Source: a virus (taxonomy: Duplodnaviria; Caudoviricetes). From it: a DNA stretch of 31,817 nucleotides. Made by a program: the position numbers and the translations under genes. Shown here piece by piece: positions 16,220 to 25,041 of this stretch (the stretch's first letter is position 1; every line of letters begins with the position of its first letter). Under the pieces are notes generated by a model that was not told the DNA's origin, did not search any database, and worked only from the letters and a program-made list of their open reading frames with translations. The DNA is taken from positions 1 through 31,817 of the IMG/VR virus record IMGVR_UViG_3300017766_003182. One strand, written 5' to 3'.

Positions 16220-17661
16220 GCCGCTACCGCATCATCGCAGACCCTAACGCCAAGACCGGCTACGAGTTCCGGGGCGCCAACCTCGCCGCCTTGGCCTGCA
16301 AGGAGCCGGCCTACATTCTGGCAGGACCGGCTGACACAGGCAAGACGGTGGTTAGCTGCGTGAAGATCCATCTGTCGTGCCTACGCTACCCAGGGAGCCA
16401 GCACGCGATCCTCCGTAAGACGTTTGCGTCGATGCCAGGCTCGGTGCTGCAAACCTTCAGCCGCATCGTCAAGGGCAGCCCCGTCACCACCATGGGCGGC
16501 GACAAGCCCACGAAGTACAACTATCGCAACGGCAGCGTGGTATGGGTGGCCGGCCTCGACAACCCCGAGCGGGCGCTGAGCTCAGAGCGTGATTCGATCT
16601 ACATCAACCAAGCCGAGGAGCTGACGAAGAACGACTGGGAGATGATCAGCACCCGTTGTACCGGTCGTGCTGCTGTCATACCGTATCCCCAGCTGTTCGG
16701 TGATTGCAATCCCAGCGGCAGCCGGCACTGGATCAAGGAGCTGGCAGCGGCCAAGGCTTTGCTGTTGTTGACGGCCAACCACCGCGACAACCCCACCATC
16801 TACGACGAGCAGGGCAACGTCCTCCCCGGAGCGCAGCGGCGGCTCGACGTGCTGAGCAAGCTGACCGGCGTCCGTCGCAAGCGGTTGTTCGAAGGCATCT
16901 GGGCCACTGCCGAAGGCGCGGTGTATGACAACTTCGATGCGCAGGTTCACGTGCTCGTCAAAGACCCAGCCACGATGCGCCGCTTCTTCCTGACGTTGGA
17001 TGAAGGCTTCACCAACCCGGCAGTCATCCTGCTGGTGGGCGAGGACAACGACGGCCGCTGGCACGTGTTCAAAGAGTTCTACGAGACCGGCGTCTTGCAA
17101 GGCCGCGTTGTAGAGACCACGGTGGCGTGGCACCACTACCCGCTGATCAAGTTGGCGGGCTACGAAGACGAGCAGCTGCTGGCGCGGTTCCGCCGCCGCA
17201 ACTCGATGGGCATCGACGAGTGGCAGAAGGAACAAGCCATCAAGGTGTGCGAGACCGTCTGCGTGGACGAAGCCGCTGCCGGACTCATTGCTGACTTGCG
17301 AGCCGCTTCCGTCCCAGCGATCGGTGGCAAGGGCCGGGTGCTGGACGGCATCAACGCGATCCAGAACCGGCTGGCCATTGCGGGCGACGGCAAGCCACGG
17401 CTGACGTTCGACCCATCGTGCGTCAACTGCATCAACGAGTTCGAGTCCTACGTCTGGCAGAAGGACAAGCCGAAGGACACGCCCGTCAAAGAGCACGACC
17501 ACACCAGCGACGCGCTACGCTACCTGCACAACGTCCAAGCCGAGCCCACCGGAGCGTGGGACGACCGCGCCATCGCCACCGCCACCACCGGCTACGAGCG
17601 CCCGATGGGCGAAGCTATTGACCCGTTCGAGAACACTTTGGACGCAACCACTGACGAATGA
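16216..17661 (+). CDS. terL: Terminase large subunit (PBSX-like)
   Basis: Walker A GPADTGKT, ILRKT, IYINQAEEL, DCNP, DNP, GIWATAEGAVY, LDEGFTNP, DHTSDALRY. Confidence 0.95.
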   Translation: MSRYRIIADPNAKTGYEFRGANLAALACKEPAYILAGPADTGKTVVSCVKIHLSCLRYPGSQHAILRKTFASMPGSVLQTFSRIVKGSPVTTMGGDKPTKYNYRNGSVVWVAGLDNPERALSSERDSIYINQAEELTKNDWEMISTRCTGRAAVIPYPQLFGDCNPSGSRHWIKELAAAKALLLLTANHRDNPTIYDEQGNVLPGAQRRLDVLSKLTGVRRKRLFEGIWATAEGAVYDNFDAQVHVLVKDPATMRRFFLTLDEGFTNPAVILLVGEDNDGRWHVFKEFYETGVLQGRVVETTVAWHHYPLIKLAGYEDEQLLARFRRRNSMGIDEWQKEQAIKVCETVCVDEAAAGLIADLRAASVPAIGGKGRVLDGINAIQNRLAIAGDGKPRLTFDPSCVNCINEFESYVWQKDKPKDTPVKEHDHTSDALRYLHNVQAEPTGAWDDRAIATATTGYERPMGEAIDPFENTLDATTDE

Positions 17662-17810
17662 AGAAACCATCACAACTCATTGCGGCCCTGTTCCCGTGGG
17701 TGCGGCGGCGCTACGAACGCTCGCTGGAGTCTAAGCGGGAGTCGCGAAAGCACAGAGGCAAAACCATGAAGACAATCGGACGGTTTGGAACACTCAACCT
17801 GAACAGATAA
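17658..17810 (+). CDS. Small hypothetical protein (50 aa, MKKPSQLIAALFPW...)
   Basis: ATG overlaps the TerL stop; ends 1 nt before the next ATG. Confidence 0.5.
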   Translation: MKKPSQLIAALFPWVRRRYERSLESKRESRKHRGKTMKTIGRFGTLNLNR

Positions 17811-17811
17811 C

Positions 17812-18168
17812 ATGACCATCATCGAACAGCTGAAGGAACAACTGACCCAACTCAACAACGGCATCGCCCTTGCCACCATGGAGCGCGACCGGGTAGCGGC
17901 AGCTGTGGCCGCGCTCGAAGGCAAAGAGCCGCCGCACCCGACGACGTCAGCAGTTCCACTGAAGCCAGTGGCTGAGCTGATTCTGGAATCGGCCATGAGC
18001 ATGCCGGTGGGCTACACGTTTGACCATCGCTCAATTCGCGACAAAGCCCAGCGCGACTTCCCGTCGCAAGCGGTCCGGATTAAAACCGGCGTCTACAATT
18101 CCATCGCAACCCTACTGAAAAAAGAAAAGATTGTCCGCGCTCCCGGCGGCTATCAAGTCAAACGCTAA
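17812..18168 (+). CDS. Coiled-coil plus winged-helix-like protein
   Basis: N-terminal heptads; VYNSIATLLKKEKIVRAPGGYQV. Confidence 0.7.
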   Translation: MTIIEQLKEQLTQLNNGIALATMERDRVAAAVAALEGKEPPHPTTSAVPLKPVAELILESAMSMPVGYTFDHRSIRDKAQRDFPSQAVRIKTGVYNSIATLLKKEKIVRAPGGYQVKR

Positions 18169-18174
18169 ACCATC

Positions 18175-18417
18175 ATGCACAAAATCAAAATCATCACCAA
18201 AGCCGACGGCACGATGCTGGTCGTGGCCATCCTCAACCCTGGCGTCACAGCAGGCCGCGCGGTCGAATCCCTTAACGGACTCAAAGCCCAGTTCGGCAAG
18301 TGGGGCCACGTCATCGTCGTCCCCTACGCCACCCACGTCGAAGTGGCCAACCAGAGCCTCTGGGCCAGCCTCAAGAGCTGGTGGGCGTCCAGGGGCGTGA
18401 AGGAGGTGGAACAGTGA
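18175..18417 (+). CDS. Hypothetical protein
   Basis: Tiles the operon. Confidence 0.65.
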   Translation: MHKIKIITKADGTMLVVAILNPGVTAGRAVESLNGLKAQFGKWGHVIVVPYATHVEVANQSLWASLKSWWASRGVKEVEQ

Positions 18418-18650
18418 AGCCTGCCACGCCATCAGTTCAAACAGCAAAGAGCGTGGCCAGCGCTGTGGTGGCTGCTTCGTATGCGGGCTTGAAGCCGTGC
18501 AAGACTTGCCGCTGGGCAGTCATGGACCGCGACACCCTGCGCTGCCACTCAGGGCCGCCGCAGATCCGGCTGCCGTATGACAACATTGCTGCGTGGCCGG
18601 TAGTCCCAACTGAAGGCGGAGGCTGTCGGCTGTGGGAGAGCAAGCCGTGA
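18414..18650 (+). CDS. Small Cys-rich protein
   Basis: CKTCRW...CHSGPP...WPVV....GCRLW. Confidence 0.7.
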   Translation: MKPATPSVQTAKSVASAVVAASYAGLKPCKTCRWAVMDRDTLRCHSGPPQIRLPYDNIAAWPVVPTEGGGCRLWESKP

Positions 18651-19012
18651 AACCTTTACCTTTGCTGGACTGGGTTGTGTTGCTGGACTGGGTTGTGTTA
18701 AAGTTCTTCAACCCGTTTAACGTAGATCCGAGAGGCAACTGCCCTGTTCAAGCCGAAGGCAATCTACCCGACGGCGCTTGGTATTACTTCCGCGCCAGAG
18801 GGACTAGGTGGTCTCTGGAAGTCTACGAAAGCGAGTCAGAGTCAAACAACGGCGTGGCATTCTTCATCGACATCCACACCGACTACAAGTGGCCTGAGGC
18901 TGGCTGGATACCGCGCTGGAAAGCGGTGCTCTTAGCGACGCGATCCATCAATAAGTATTTCAGAACAAAACCACACATTCACCCGATAACCGGAACCAAA
19001 ATAAAACCATGA
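18647..19012 (+). CDS. Conserved phage hypothetical protein
   Basis: GNCPVQAEG...YYFRARGTRWSLEV. Confidence 0.7.
   Translation: MKPLPLLDWVVLLDWVVLKFFNPFNVDPRGNCPVQAEGNLPDGAWYYFRARGTRWSLEVYESESESNNGVAFFIDIHTDYKWPEAGWIPRWKAVLLATRSINKYFRTKPHIHPITGTKIKP
18662..18697 (+). repeat. Perfect in-frame 18-bp tandem duplication (LLDWVV x2)
   Basis: ttgctggactgggttgtg x2. Confidence 0.92.
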
Positions 19013-19623
19013 AAACAGAACAATCAAGAAGGCTCTGCGGCTCCTGCGGCAACTGGATGCAATTCATTCCCGGCAGCGGCGTCGGCTCTGGAGCGTGGGT
19101 CTGTCACAACGATCACAGCAACCTGCCAGGAGTGAGAGCACTATGCGGATATTGCAGCAACGGAGTTATAGCTGTCGGAACGTGGCACGATGCCTGCATT
19201 TGCGAAAGCTGCATCGAAAGGATTCTCCCAGCCGGGACAGAATCTGAGGTAAAGCGTTTCGAATCGCCGCCGACCTGTACGCGGTGTAAGACCGTCTTGC
19301 GCGACGCCATCACCGACAGGACGATGAACGGAAAGCGATACTGCGCCAGCTGCTACCACGACCTGTTCGTAGATCCGCCGCTGAGCCGGGCGATTCGGAG
19401 TGATGAGACGCCCAAGACAGTCAAGCCCACGCTCGGCTTTATGCCCCGGAAGCTGTGGCTGGAGGAGCGGCGGAGCGTGGTGCTTCACGCAATCCACGAA
19501 CGCGCGGATCAGTGCTCGCGCTTGCGGGAAGCGGACGACAGCCCGCTCGACGAGTGGATGGCGGAGCTTCACTGGCTCAACGGTCAGATCGTTTTAGAGA
19601 AGCGCAACCAAAAGAAATCATGA
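19009..19623 (+). CDS. Multi-zinc-finger protein
   Basis: CGSC..CHNDH, CGYC..CESC, CTRC..CASC. Confidence 0.75.
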   Translation: MKTEQSRRLCGSCGNWMQFIPGSGVGSGAWVCHNDHSNLPGVRALCGYCSNGVIAVGTWHDACICESCIERILPAGTESEVKRFESPPTCTRCKTVLRDAITDRTMNGKRYCASCYHDLFVDPPLSRAIRSDETPKTVKPTLGFMPRKLWLEERRSVVLHAIHERADQCSRLREADDSPLDEWMAELHWLNGQIVLEKRNQKKS

Positions 19624-19850
19624 CAAGCCTAAGCGAATATCCAAACCCAAACAACCTTGTGATTCGAGTGTCAGACCATTTCGAGGTGCCACCGCTTTGC
19701 CCAGGAGGACACTTGGAAATGGTAGGCGGACGGGAAATGCTCCGCCGCTCAGATGAGCTGCTACAAGTCAGCGACCGAGTTTATAGGCTGATTGAATCAT
19801 GGCAGCCGGGCAGCTTCGATCGCCACCTTTACGAACATAACCCCTCCTGA
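19620..19850 (+). CDS. Hypothetical protein
   Basis: ATGA overlap. Confidence 0.55.
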   Translation: MTSLSEYPNPNNLVIRVSDHFEVPPLCPGGHLEMVGGREMLRRSDELLQVSDRVYRLIESWQPGSFDRHLYEHNPS

Positions 19851-19852
19851 TT

Positions 19853-20197
19853 ATGCCAAGACTAAGAACGCCGCCGCCGCTCCAACCTAACGGCTGGGAG
19901 AAGACTTGTTTCAACACCCACGTCGGCTGCACCATGACCGAGCGGCTCCTGTGGCAGTCCGTGTTCGGGCGTGGGAAGATATCCGAAGTCGCCCGGGACT
20001 TGTTGAACCGAGAGGCCTACCGCCGCGCCAACATCCCAGTGGAAGCGGTGGCCGAGCTGGTGAAAGGAGCGATCAACGGTCAAGTGAAGATTGAGCTCAA
20101 GCGCCACGCCGAGCGGTTGCTAGAGCTGAACGGGCCGCCGGTAGCGCGTCCACCTCGAGGCGGCAAGCGGGCTGGAGCCGGCCGCAAGAAGGTTTAG
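19853..20197 (+). CDS. Putative DNA-binding protein
   Basis: ISEVARDLL (RHH-like) and C-terminal RGGKRAGAGRK motif. Confidence 0.65.
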   Translation: MPRLRTPPPLQPNGWEKTCFNTHVGCTMTERLLWQSVFGRGKISEVARDLLNREAYRRANIPVEAVAELVKGAINGQVKIELKRHAERLLELNGPPVARPPRGGKRAGAGRKKV

Positions 20198-20230
20198 CGT
20201 TGCAAATAACCAGTTCCGTTTGGCGCCGAC

Positions 20231-22180
20231 TTGGAGTTAAGTGGCGTCAGGTTGAAAGAAGCTTCGATCATTGGTTCAGTCTCTGACGCTCGCCGGAACG
20301 CTCCGGCGGGTGTTTTCCTTTCCACGATCCGCGCCGCCGCCGCCCCGATACCGCCGCAGGGTGACGTGACGATGATGTTCATGCCGCCGATGGGCAGCCG
20401 CTATTCCCAGCAGCCAGTCAACCCCACTGGGCTGAATGAGTTGGTCAACAGCGACCGGATCATCAACACCGACCCGCGCGAGTCCTTCTACTGGACGCTG
20501 CCGAACAAGCTTACCCCGCAGCAATGTCTCCAGATGTTGCGTGCGGCTCTCGCTGGCGACCTCTTCCAACAGTTCAATCTCTGTCAGCTGATGCTGGACA
20601 CATGGCCGACATTCCGCATGGCGAGCCACCAGCTGATGGAGTCCGCCGCCTACTTGCGCTATGCGGTGCACCCATTCGCTGAAGAAGGGAAGAAGCCGAC
20701 GCCGAGCGCGATCAAGAAAGCGGATCTCGTGAGCCGGGCGATCCGGGGGATGGTTCCAAATCCGTTCAACGACGAGCGCGGCTTCAGCGGGATGCTCTAC
20801 AACCTCTGCGACGCGATGCTCAACGGCATCAGCCTTGTGGAGATCCTCTGGGAGCTCAAGGCCAGCACCAACTACGGGCGCGAATGGCTGCCGGTCTCCA
20901 GCGCGTGGGTTCACCCGCGCCACTACACTTTCTCGAACGCCGGGTTCGTGAGCCTCTACACCGACGACGATGCCTCCCGGATCAACAAGGGCATTCTCAC
21001 CCAGCGGGCCGGCACCCAGCCCGACCCGATGAAGTTCCTGTGCGCTCAGTTCATGAGCAAGGCCGGCAGCGTGCTGGGCGCTGGCTTCATGCGTCCGCTG
21101 ACGTGGTATTGGTCCGCGCGGCAGTTCAACAACGAGTGGATGCTGAACACCGCCAAGCAATACGGCAGCCCGTTCATCGACATCGTTTACAAGCCCGGCA
21201 CGGTGGGCACTGGCCCCGGCAGCGAGCTCGAGAAGCTGAACGAGATGCTGAAGACCGCCGGAGCGCAACGCCGCTTGATCCACCCCGAAGGCACCACAGC
21301 GGAGATCCACCAGCCGTCTTCGTTGGGCAAAGAGAATCCGCAGCGGGTGATGGAAGAGAAGGCAGACGAAGCCTGCCTGTTCCTGCTACTCGGTCAGAAG
21401 GGAACAACGACCGCCGTCAGCGGCCAGCTCGGCAACGACGACAGCCACGAGAACGTCAAGAAGGAGCGCATGTTGGGGCTGGCCAATTTCATGGCCCGCA
21501 ACCCGCTCCGGCAGTTTGCGCGGGCCGTCCTGCTGAAGAACTACAACGACGACAGCGAGTGCCCGAACATCGAGCCGGACACCACCAAGCCGTTGCAGAC
21601 CGCCGAAGTCAGCACGCTGACGAGCGCCGTGTCCAGCAGCGGGCTGCCGGTGCGGGCGGACGAGTTCTACAAGAAGGTAGGCTTCACCCAACCCGAAGAG
21701 GGCGAGGTCGTTTTGGTCCGGGGCGAGCTGATGATCCAGGAAGCTGCGATGACCAAGGAGGACAAGTTCAAAGAGCAGCTAGGCCAGCAGGCGCAGCAGG
21801 CCGAGCTCCAGATGGAGATGCAAGGCGAGATGCAACAGCAGCAAGGCGGTCGCGTCCAAGCTTCCGAGCAAGTTGCCGGCGGATACCGCGACGCTCTCAA
21901 CGATCTCCGGGTGGCCGCGAGCCGTTGCGGAGACGATCCAAAGCCGCAGGCCAACGTCATCAATGTGGCCCCGCCCAACGTGAACATCCGGCAGGACTCT
22001 CCGGTGGTCAATCTGCCCGCTCGCGAGGAGCAGCCCATCCACATCACCGTAGCGGCATCCGAGCCGCAGGAGGCGCAGCCGATTCACATCACCTTACAGT
22101 CCGAGGCCGGCAAGACCGTGACCAAGCGGGTAGTCCGGGATGAAGCAGGCCGCATCCAACAAGTCGTCGAGGAAAGCTAA
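20231..22180 (+). CDS. Portal protein, Mu gp29/DUF935-like (start uncertain: TTG 20231, TTG 20252 or ATG 20372)
   Basis: LRAALAGD, DAMLNGISLVEILW, GAGFMRPL, W...AKQYGSP, LLLGQKGTT, HENVK; lies between TerL and protease. Confidence 0.88.
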   Translation: MELSGVRLKEASIIGSVSDARRNAPAGVFLSTIRAAAAPIPPQGDVTMMFMPPMGSRYSQQPVNPTGLNELVNSDRIINTDPRESFYWTLPNKLTPQQCLQMLRAALAGDLFQQFNLCQLMLDTWPTFRMASHQLMESAAYLRYAVHPFAEEGKKPTPSAIKKADLVSRAIRGMVPNPFNDERGFSGMLYNLCDAMLNGISLVEILWELKASTNYGREWLPVSSAWVHPRHYTFSNAGFVSLYTDDDASRINKGILTQRAGTQPDPMKFLCAQFMSKAGSVLGAGFMRPLTWYWSARQFNNEWMLNTAKQYGSPFIDIVYKPGTVGTGPGSELEKLNEMLKTAGAQRRLIHPEGTTAEIHQPSSLGKENPQRVMEEKADEACLFLLLGQKGTTTAVSGQLGNDDSHENVKKERMLGLANFMARNPLRQFARAVLLKNYNDDSECPNIEPDTTKPLQTAEVSTLTSAVSSSGLPVRADEFYKKVGFTQPEEGEVVLVRGELMIQEAAMTKEDKFKEQLGQQAQQAELQMEMQGEMQQQQGGRVQASEQVAGGYRDALNDLRVAASRCGDDPKPQANVINVAPPNVNIRQDSPVVNLPAREEQPIHITVAASEPQEAQPIHITLQSEAGKTVTKRVVRDEAGRIQQVVEES

Positions 22181-22182
22181 CC

Positions 22183-22584
22183 ATGGCCAACAACATCAGA
22201 ACCTCAATCGTCGCCCGCAACGCGGAGCTGGATGCGCTCGCTGTGTTGGCTAACAGCGGCAAGCTTCGGATCTACTCTGGGACGCAACCAGCGACCCCGG
22301 AGACTGCGGCTAGCGGCGTGCTGCTCGCGGAGCTGACGATGAACGCCACGGCGTTCGCAGCAGCGGTCAACGGCGTCATCACCGCCAATGCCATCACACA
22401 AGACTCCAGCAACGACGCCAGTGGCACGGCAGGATACTATCGGCTGCTCAAGAGCGACGGCACCACGGTGTTGTGGGACGGCGAAGTTGGAACGAGCGGG
22501 GCGGATCTCAATCTCAACAGCGTGGCGATCAGCAGCGGAGCGATCACCCAAGTCACAGCGTTCACCTATACCTTGCCCCAATAA
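22183..22584 (+). CDS. Virion structural protein (head fibre/decoration-like)
   Basis: RNAELDAL...GKLRIYSGTQPA...LLAEL...GTAGYYR...DGEVGTSGADLNLNS, a widespread phage structural family. Confidence 0.7.
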   Translation: MANNIRTSIVARNAELDALAVLANSGKLRIYSGTQPATPETAASGVLLAELTMNATAFAAAVNGVITANAITQDSSNDASGTAGYYRLLKSDGTTVLWDGEVGTSGADLNLNSVAISSGAITQVTAFTYTLPQ

Positions 22585-22587
22585 CCT

Positions 22588-23157
22588 ATGAGCCTTCAAA
22601 CTTGGCAAGAAACACTGATGTCCGCCACGGCGGCAGGGACCAGCTTCGGCACCTACACCACGGCGAAGACCGTGCTCCCTACCGGCTGCCTCGTGGCGCT
22701 GCCGGCGAACTGGTTCTATGTGGGCCGGATGATCCGCTACACGGTGTGGGGCGGCATTGGCACGCTGGTCACCACCCCGGGCACGATCACGCTCCAGATG
22801 AACCTCGGCGCGGTGGCGGCGGTGTCCAGCGGTGCGGTGCAGCTCAATGCCACAGCGCACACCAACCTCCCGTTCCGGGCGGAGTGCGTGGCCACTTGCC
22901 GCGCTGTCGGGGCGAGCACGAGCGCGAACCTAATCGGTCAGTGGACGCTCAACGGCGTTATGTTTACGCGCACGGCGGCCCAAGTGGATAACGTCAACAT
23001 CGGCGACTCGCTGCTGGCCCCGGCGACTGCTCCGGCGGTGGGAACTGGGTTCGACTCAACAGCAGCACAGACGCTGGACTTCTTCGCCGGGTTCAGCATC
23101 AGCAACGCGGCCAACACCATCCAGATCCAGCAGGTGCTGGTGGAGGCGCTGAACTAG
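22588..23157 (+). CDS. Beta-rich virion structural protein
   Basis: Thr/Ala/Gly-rich beta strands; located in the head module. Confidence 0.7.
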   Translation: MSLQTWQETLMSATAAGTSFGTYTTAKTVLPTGCLVALPANWFYVGRMIRYTVWGGIGTLVTTPGTITLQMNLGAVAAVSSGAVQLNATAHTNLPFRAECVATCRAVGASTSANLIGQWTLNGVMFTRTAAQVDNVNIGDSLLAPATAPAVGTGFDSTAAQTLDFFAGFSISNAANTIQIQQVLVEALN

Positions 23158-23158
23158 C

Positions 23159-23614
23159 ATGGGCCTGAACAACACACAGCAGCCGAGCGGGCGGGCCGGT
23201 ATCGCCGGGAGACGCGGCGGGAGGCGGATGTTGATTGCCGACATCGGATCGTCGGGGGTGGCGAAAAATACGCACGCGAGTTCGTGGGACGAATCCGGTT
23301 CGCTCAAAGGCAACCTGGTTGACGTGCCTTCGATAGGGGCGCACTTCTCGTCCGCCCGCAACAAGGTCCGGCAGCAGTGGCTAATCACGGGCGTCACAAA
23401 GGACAGCACGGGTGCGCCGCTAGGCGGCTGCACGGTGACGCTGTTCAAGGCGGTGGACAATATGCCGAGTGCCACCACGGTCTCGGACGCGGCGGGCAAC
23501 TACACCTTCACGATCGACGGGAACAGCCAGGCGCGATTCGCGGTTAGCTACAAACCGGGCAGCCCGGACGTGACGGGAGCGACGGTGAACACCTTGGTGC
23601 CGGTCTTAACCTGA
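23159..23614 (+). CDS. Protein with C-terminal transthyretin/carboxypeptidase-regulatory-like beta-sandwich
   Basis: ITGVTKDSTGAPLGGCTVTLF...TVSDAAGNYTF. Confidence 0.7.
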   Translation: MGLNNTQQPSGRAGIAGRRGGRRMLIADIGSSGVAKNTHASSWDESGSLKGNLVDVPSIGAHFSSARNKVRQQWLITGVTKDSTGAPLGGCTVTLFKAVDNMPSATTVSDAAGNYTFTIDGNSQARFAVSYKPGSPDVTGATVNTLVPVLT

Positions 23615-23615
23615 T

Positions 23616-24425
23616 ATGCCTGACATCTTCAATTACGCGGGTGAAGTTCAGCCGAATGATATTCGGTTGGCGGACCCGACGCAGTTGCGGAGCGGCGGAG
23701 CGGCCACCACCGGGACGGCTGCTGCTGTCGCCACCAAGGCGGTCAGCGCGGCAACCGGGCTGGAAGCGTTTAGCTCCACTGCTGCGGGAACTGCCCACGC
23801 TGCGACGAGCGCCGCTACTGGGCTGGAAGTCCACAGCGGAACGGCAAGCGCCACCGCGACGCGGGCAACCGCAGCCGCCACCGGGGAAGAAGCGTTCACG
23901 GCCAGCGCAGCCGGGACGGCCCGTAAGGCCACGTCGAGCGCAAGCGGGGCACAATCCTTCACGGCCACGGCTTCGGCAGCGGGGCGGGCTGCCCAAGGCT
24001 CGGCAACAGGCGTCCAGGTGTTCGTGGGAACCGAGGCGGGAACAGCCCAGGCGGCGACCGGGACAGGAACGGGCGACAATGGATCTCCGGCAGAGAACAC
24101 CGCCGGAACAGGAGCGGCGACCGCTCGACCTGCTACGGCTTACGGGTTAGGGGTAGGGCTTATTCCGGTCACCGGTTCGGGGCTGGGGCTGCTCGCACCT
24201 GAGATCCGGTTCGTGTCTTTGCCGGACTCCATCCCAAGCCAAGTGGTCTTCGTGGCCAAAGGAGCTGGCACAGGCCGCTCGGCCACGAGCGCGGCGCAGG
24301 GCGTGACGAAGCGTTATCACAACAGCACGTCGGCCAACGCCACCGCGCGGCGGGCGTCTGGCGGCGGTAGCGGGCTGGTGGACTACGAAGCCCAGAACGA
24401 AGAGGAGCTGTTGCTGTTGTTATGA
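23616..24425 (+). CDS. Ala/Thr/Gly-rich repeat protein (fibre-like)
   Basis: 21-aa repeats; C-terminus NEEELLLLL. Confidence 0.75.
   Translation: MPDIFNYAGEVQPNDIRLADPTQLRSGGAATTGTAAAVATKAVSAATGLEAFSSTAAGTAHAATSAATGLEVHSGTASATATRATAAATGEEAFTASAAGTARKATSSASGAQSFTATASAAGRAAQGSATGVQVFVGTEAGTAQAATGTGTGDNGSPAENTAGTGAATARPATAYGLGVGLIPVTGSGLGLLAPEIRFVSLPDSIPSQVVFVAKGAGTGRSATSAAQGVTKRYHNSTSANATARRASGGGSGLVDYEAQNEEELLLLL
23751..24065 (+). repeat. Five degenerate 63-bp (21-aa) coding repeats
   Basis: ATGLEAFSSTAAGTAHAATSA / ATGLEVHSGTASATATRATAA / ATGEEAFTASAAGTARKATSS / ASGAQSFTATASAAGRAAQGS / ATGVQVFVGTEAGTAQAATGT. Confidence 0.85.
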
Positions 24426-24742
24426 AAGCCACCGTCGAACTAATCTCAAAGCTGGTGGAATCGGTCTATGCCGGAGCAGCGCAGGGCGTGGCGCTGGACA
24501 CCGTCAAGAGCGATGTGATTGGAGCCGTGTTCAGCGGGACGATGCCGAGCGGGCGGACTGCCACGCGGGTGGTCAAGGCCGCCAAGCCGGACGTTCGCGC
24601 TGCCTTGCTCCACGCCACCGACGCCGAGCTCGCTGAGCTGGAGCAGAAGTTGAGCGCAGCGGAGAACGCCGCGCACAAGAACGGCGAAGTCACAGCGGTG
24701 GAGATTGCGGTGGAACAACTCAGTCAACGGATCAAATTTTGA
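24422..24742 (+). CDS. Hypothetical head-module protein
   Basis: ATGA overlap; contains VVKAA and DVRAA. Confidence 0.75.
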   Translation: MKATVELISKLVESVYAGAAQGVALDTVKSDVIGAVFSGTMPSGRTATRVVKAAKPDVRAALLHATDAELAELEQKLSAAENAAHKNGEVTAVEIAVEQLSQRIKF

Positions 24743-24744
24743 TT

Positions 24745-25041
24745 ATGCAAGGACGCCACTCACATCCCAAAAAGAAACTTTCCCGCACCGAGCCCACCAG
24801 TGCCCCCGCGCAAGTCGGCGAGGCAGCCAGCGTGGCGCCAGCGGGCACGCCCACAGCGCCGTCCGTGCAAGAAGCACCAGCGGCCAACCAGCAAACGAAA
24901 GTTGAGGCTGTGGGCGCATCTTCCGAAGTTGTCAGCGCCATTCAACCGGCTCCACAGCCGCAGCCAGCTCCGGTGGCCCGGGGCGGGGCAGCGTTTTGGA
25001 TACCGGTTCAAAAGCCGAGCGGGTTCGGCATCAAGTCATGA
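24745..25041 (+). CDS. Pro/Ala-rich low-complexity protein
   Basis: Tiles between neighbours; its stop overlaps the ATG of the protease gene. Confidence 0.65.
   Translation: MQGRHSHPKKKLSRTEPTSAPAQVGEAASVAPAGTPTAPSVQEAPAANQQTKVEAVGASSEVVSAIQPAPQPQPAPVARGGAAFWIPVQKPSGFGIKS

Noticed and set aside
16582-17502. Long minus-strand ORFs (also 4128-4943, 4940-5794, 6222-7220, 20276-21310, 27197-28225)
   Set aside because: Antisense shadows of well-supported + strand genes, with no recognisable domains
16216-17661. Intein or intron in TerL (or in DnaB)
   Set aside because: Both reading frames are continuous and of normal length; no C...HN-[CST] splice motifs or LAGLIDADG blocks
20884-22143. 419-aa alternative-frame ORF inside the portal gene
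   Set aside because: Arg/Ala/Pro-rich shadow frame expected from high GC3; no motifs
23751-24065. Periodic repeats as a CRISPR array
   Set aside because: Degenerate in-frame coding repeats without unique spacers; no cas genes
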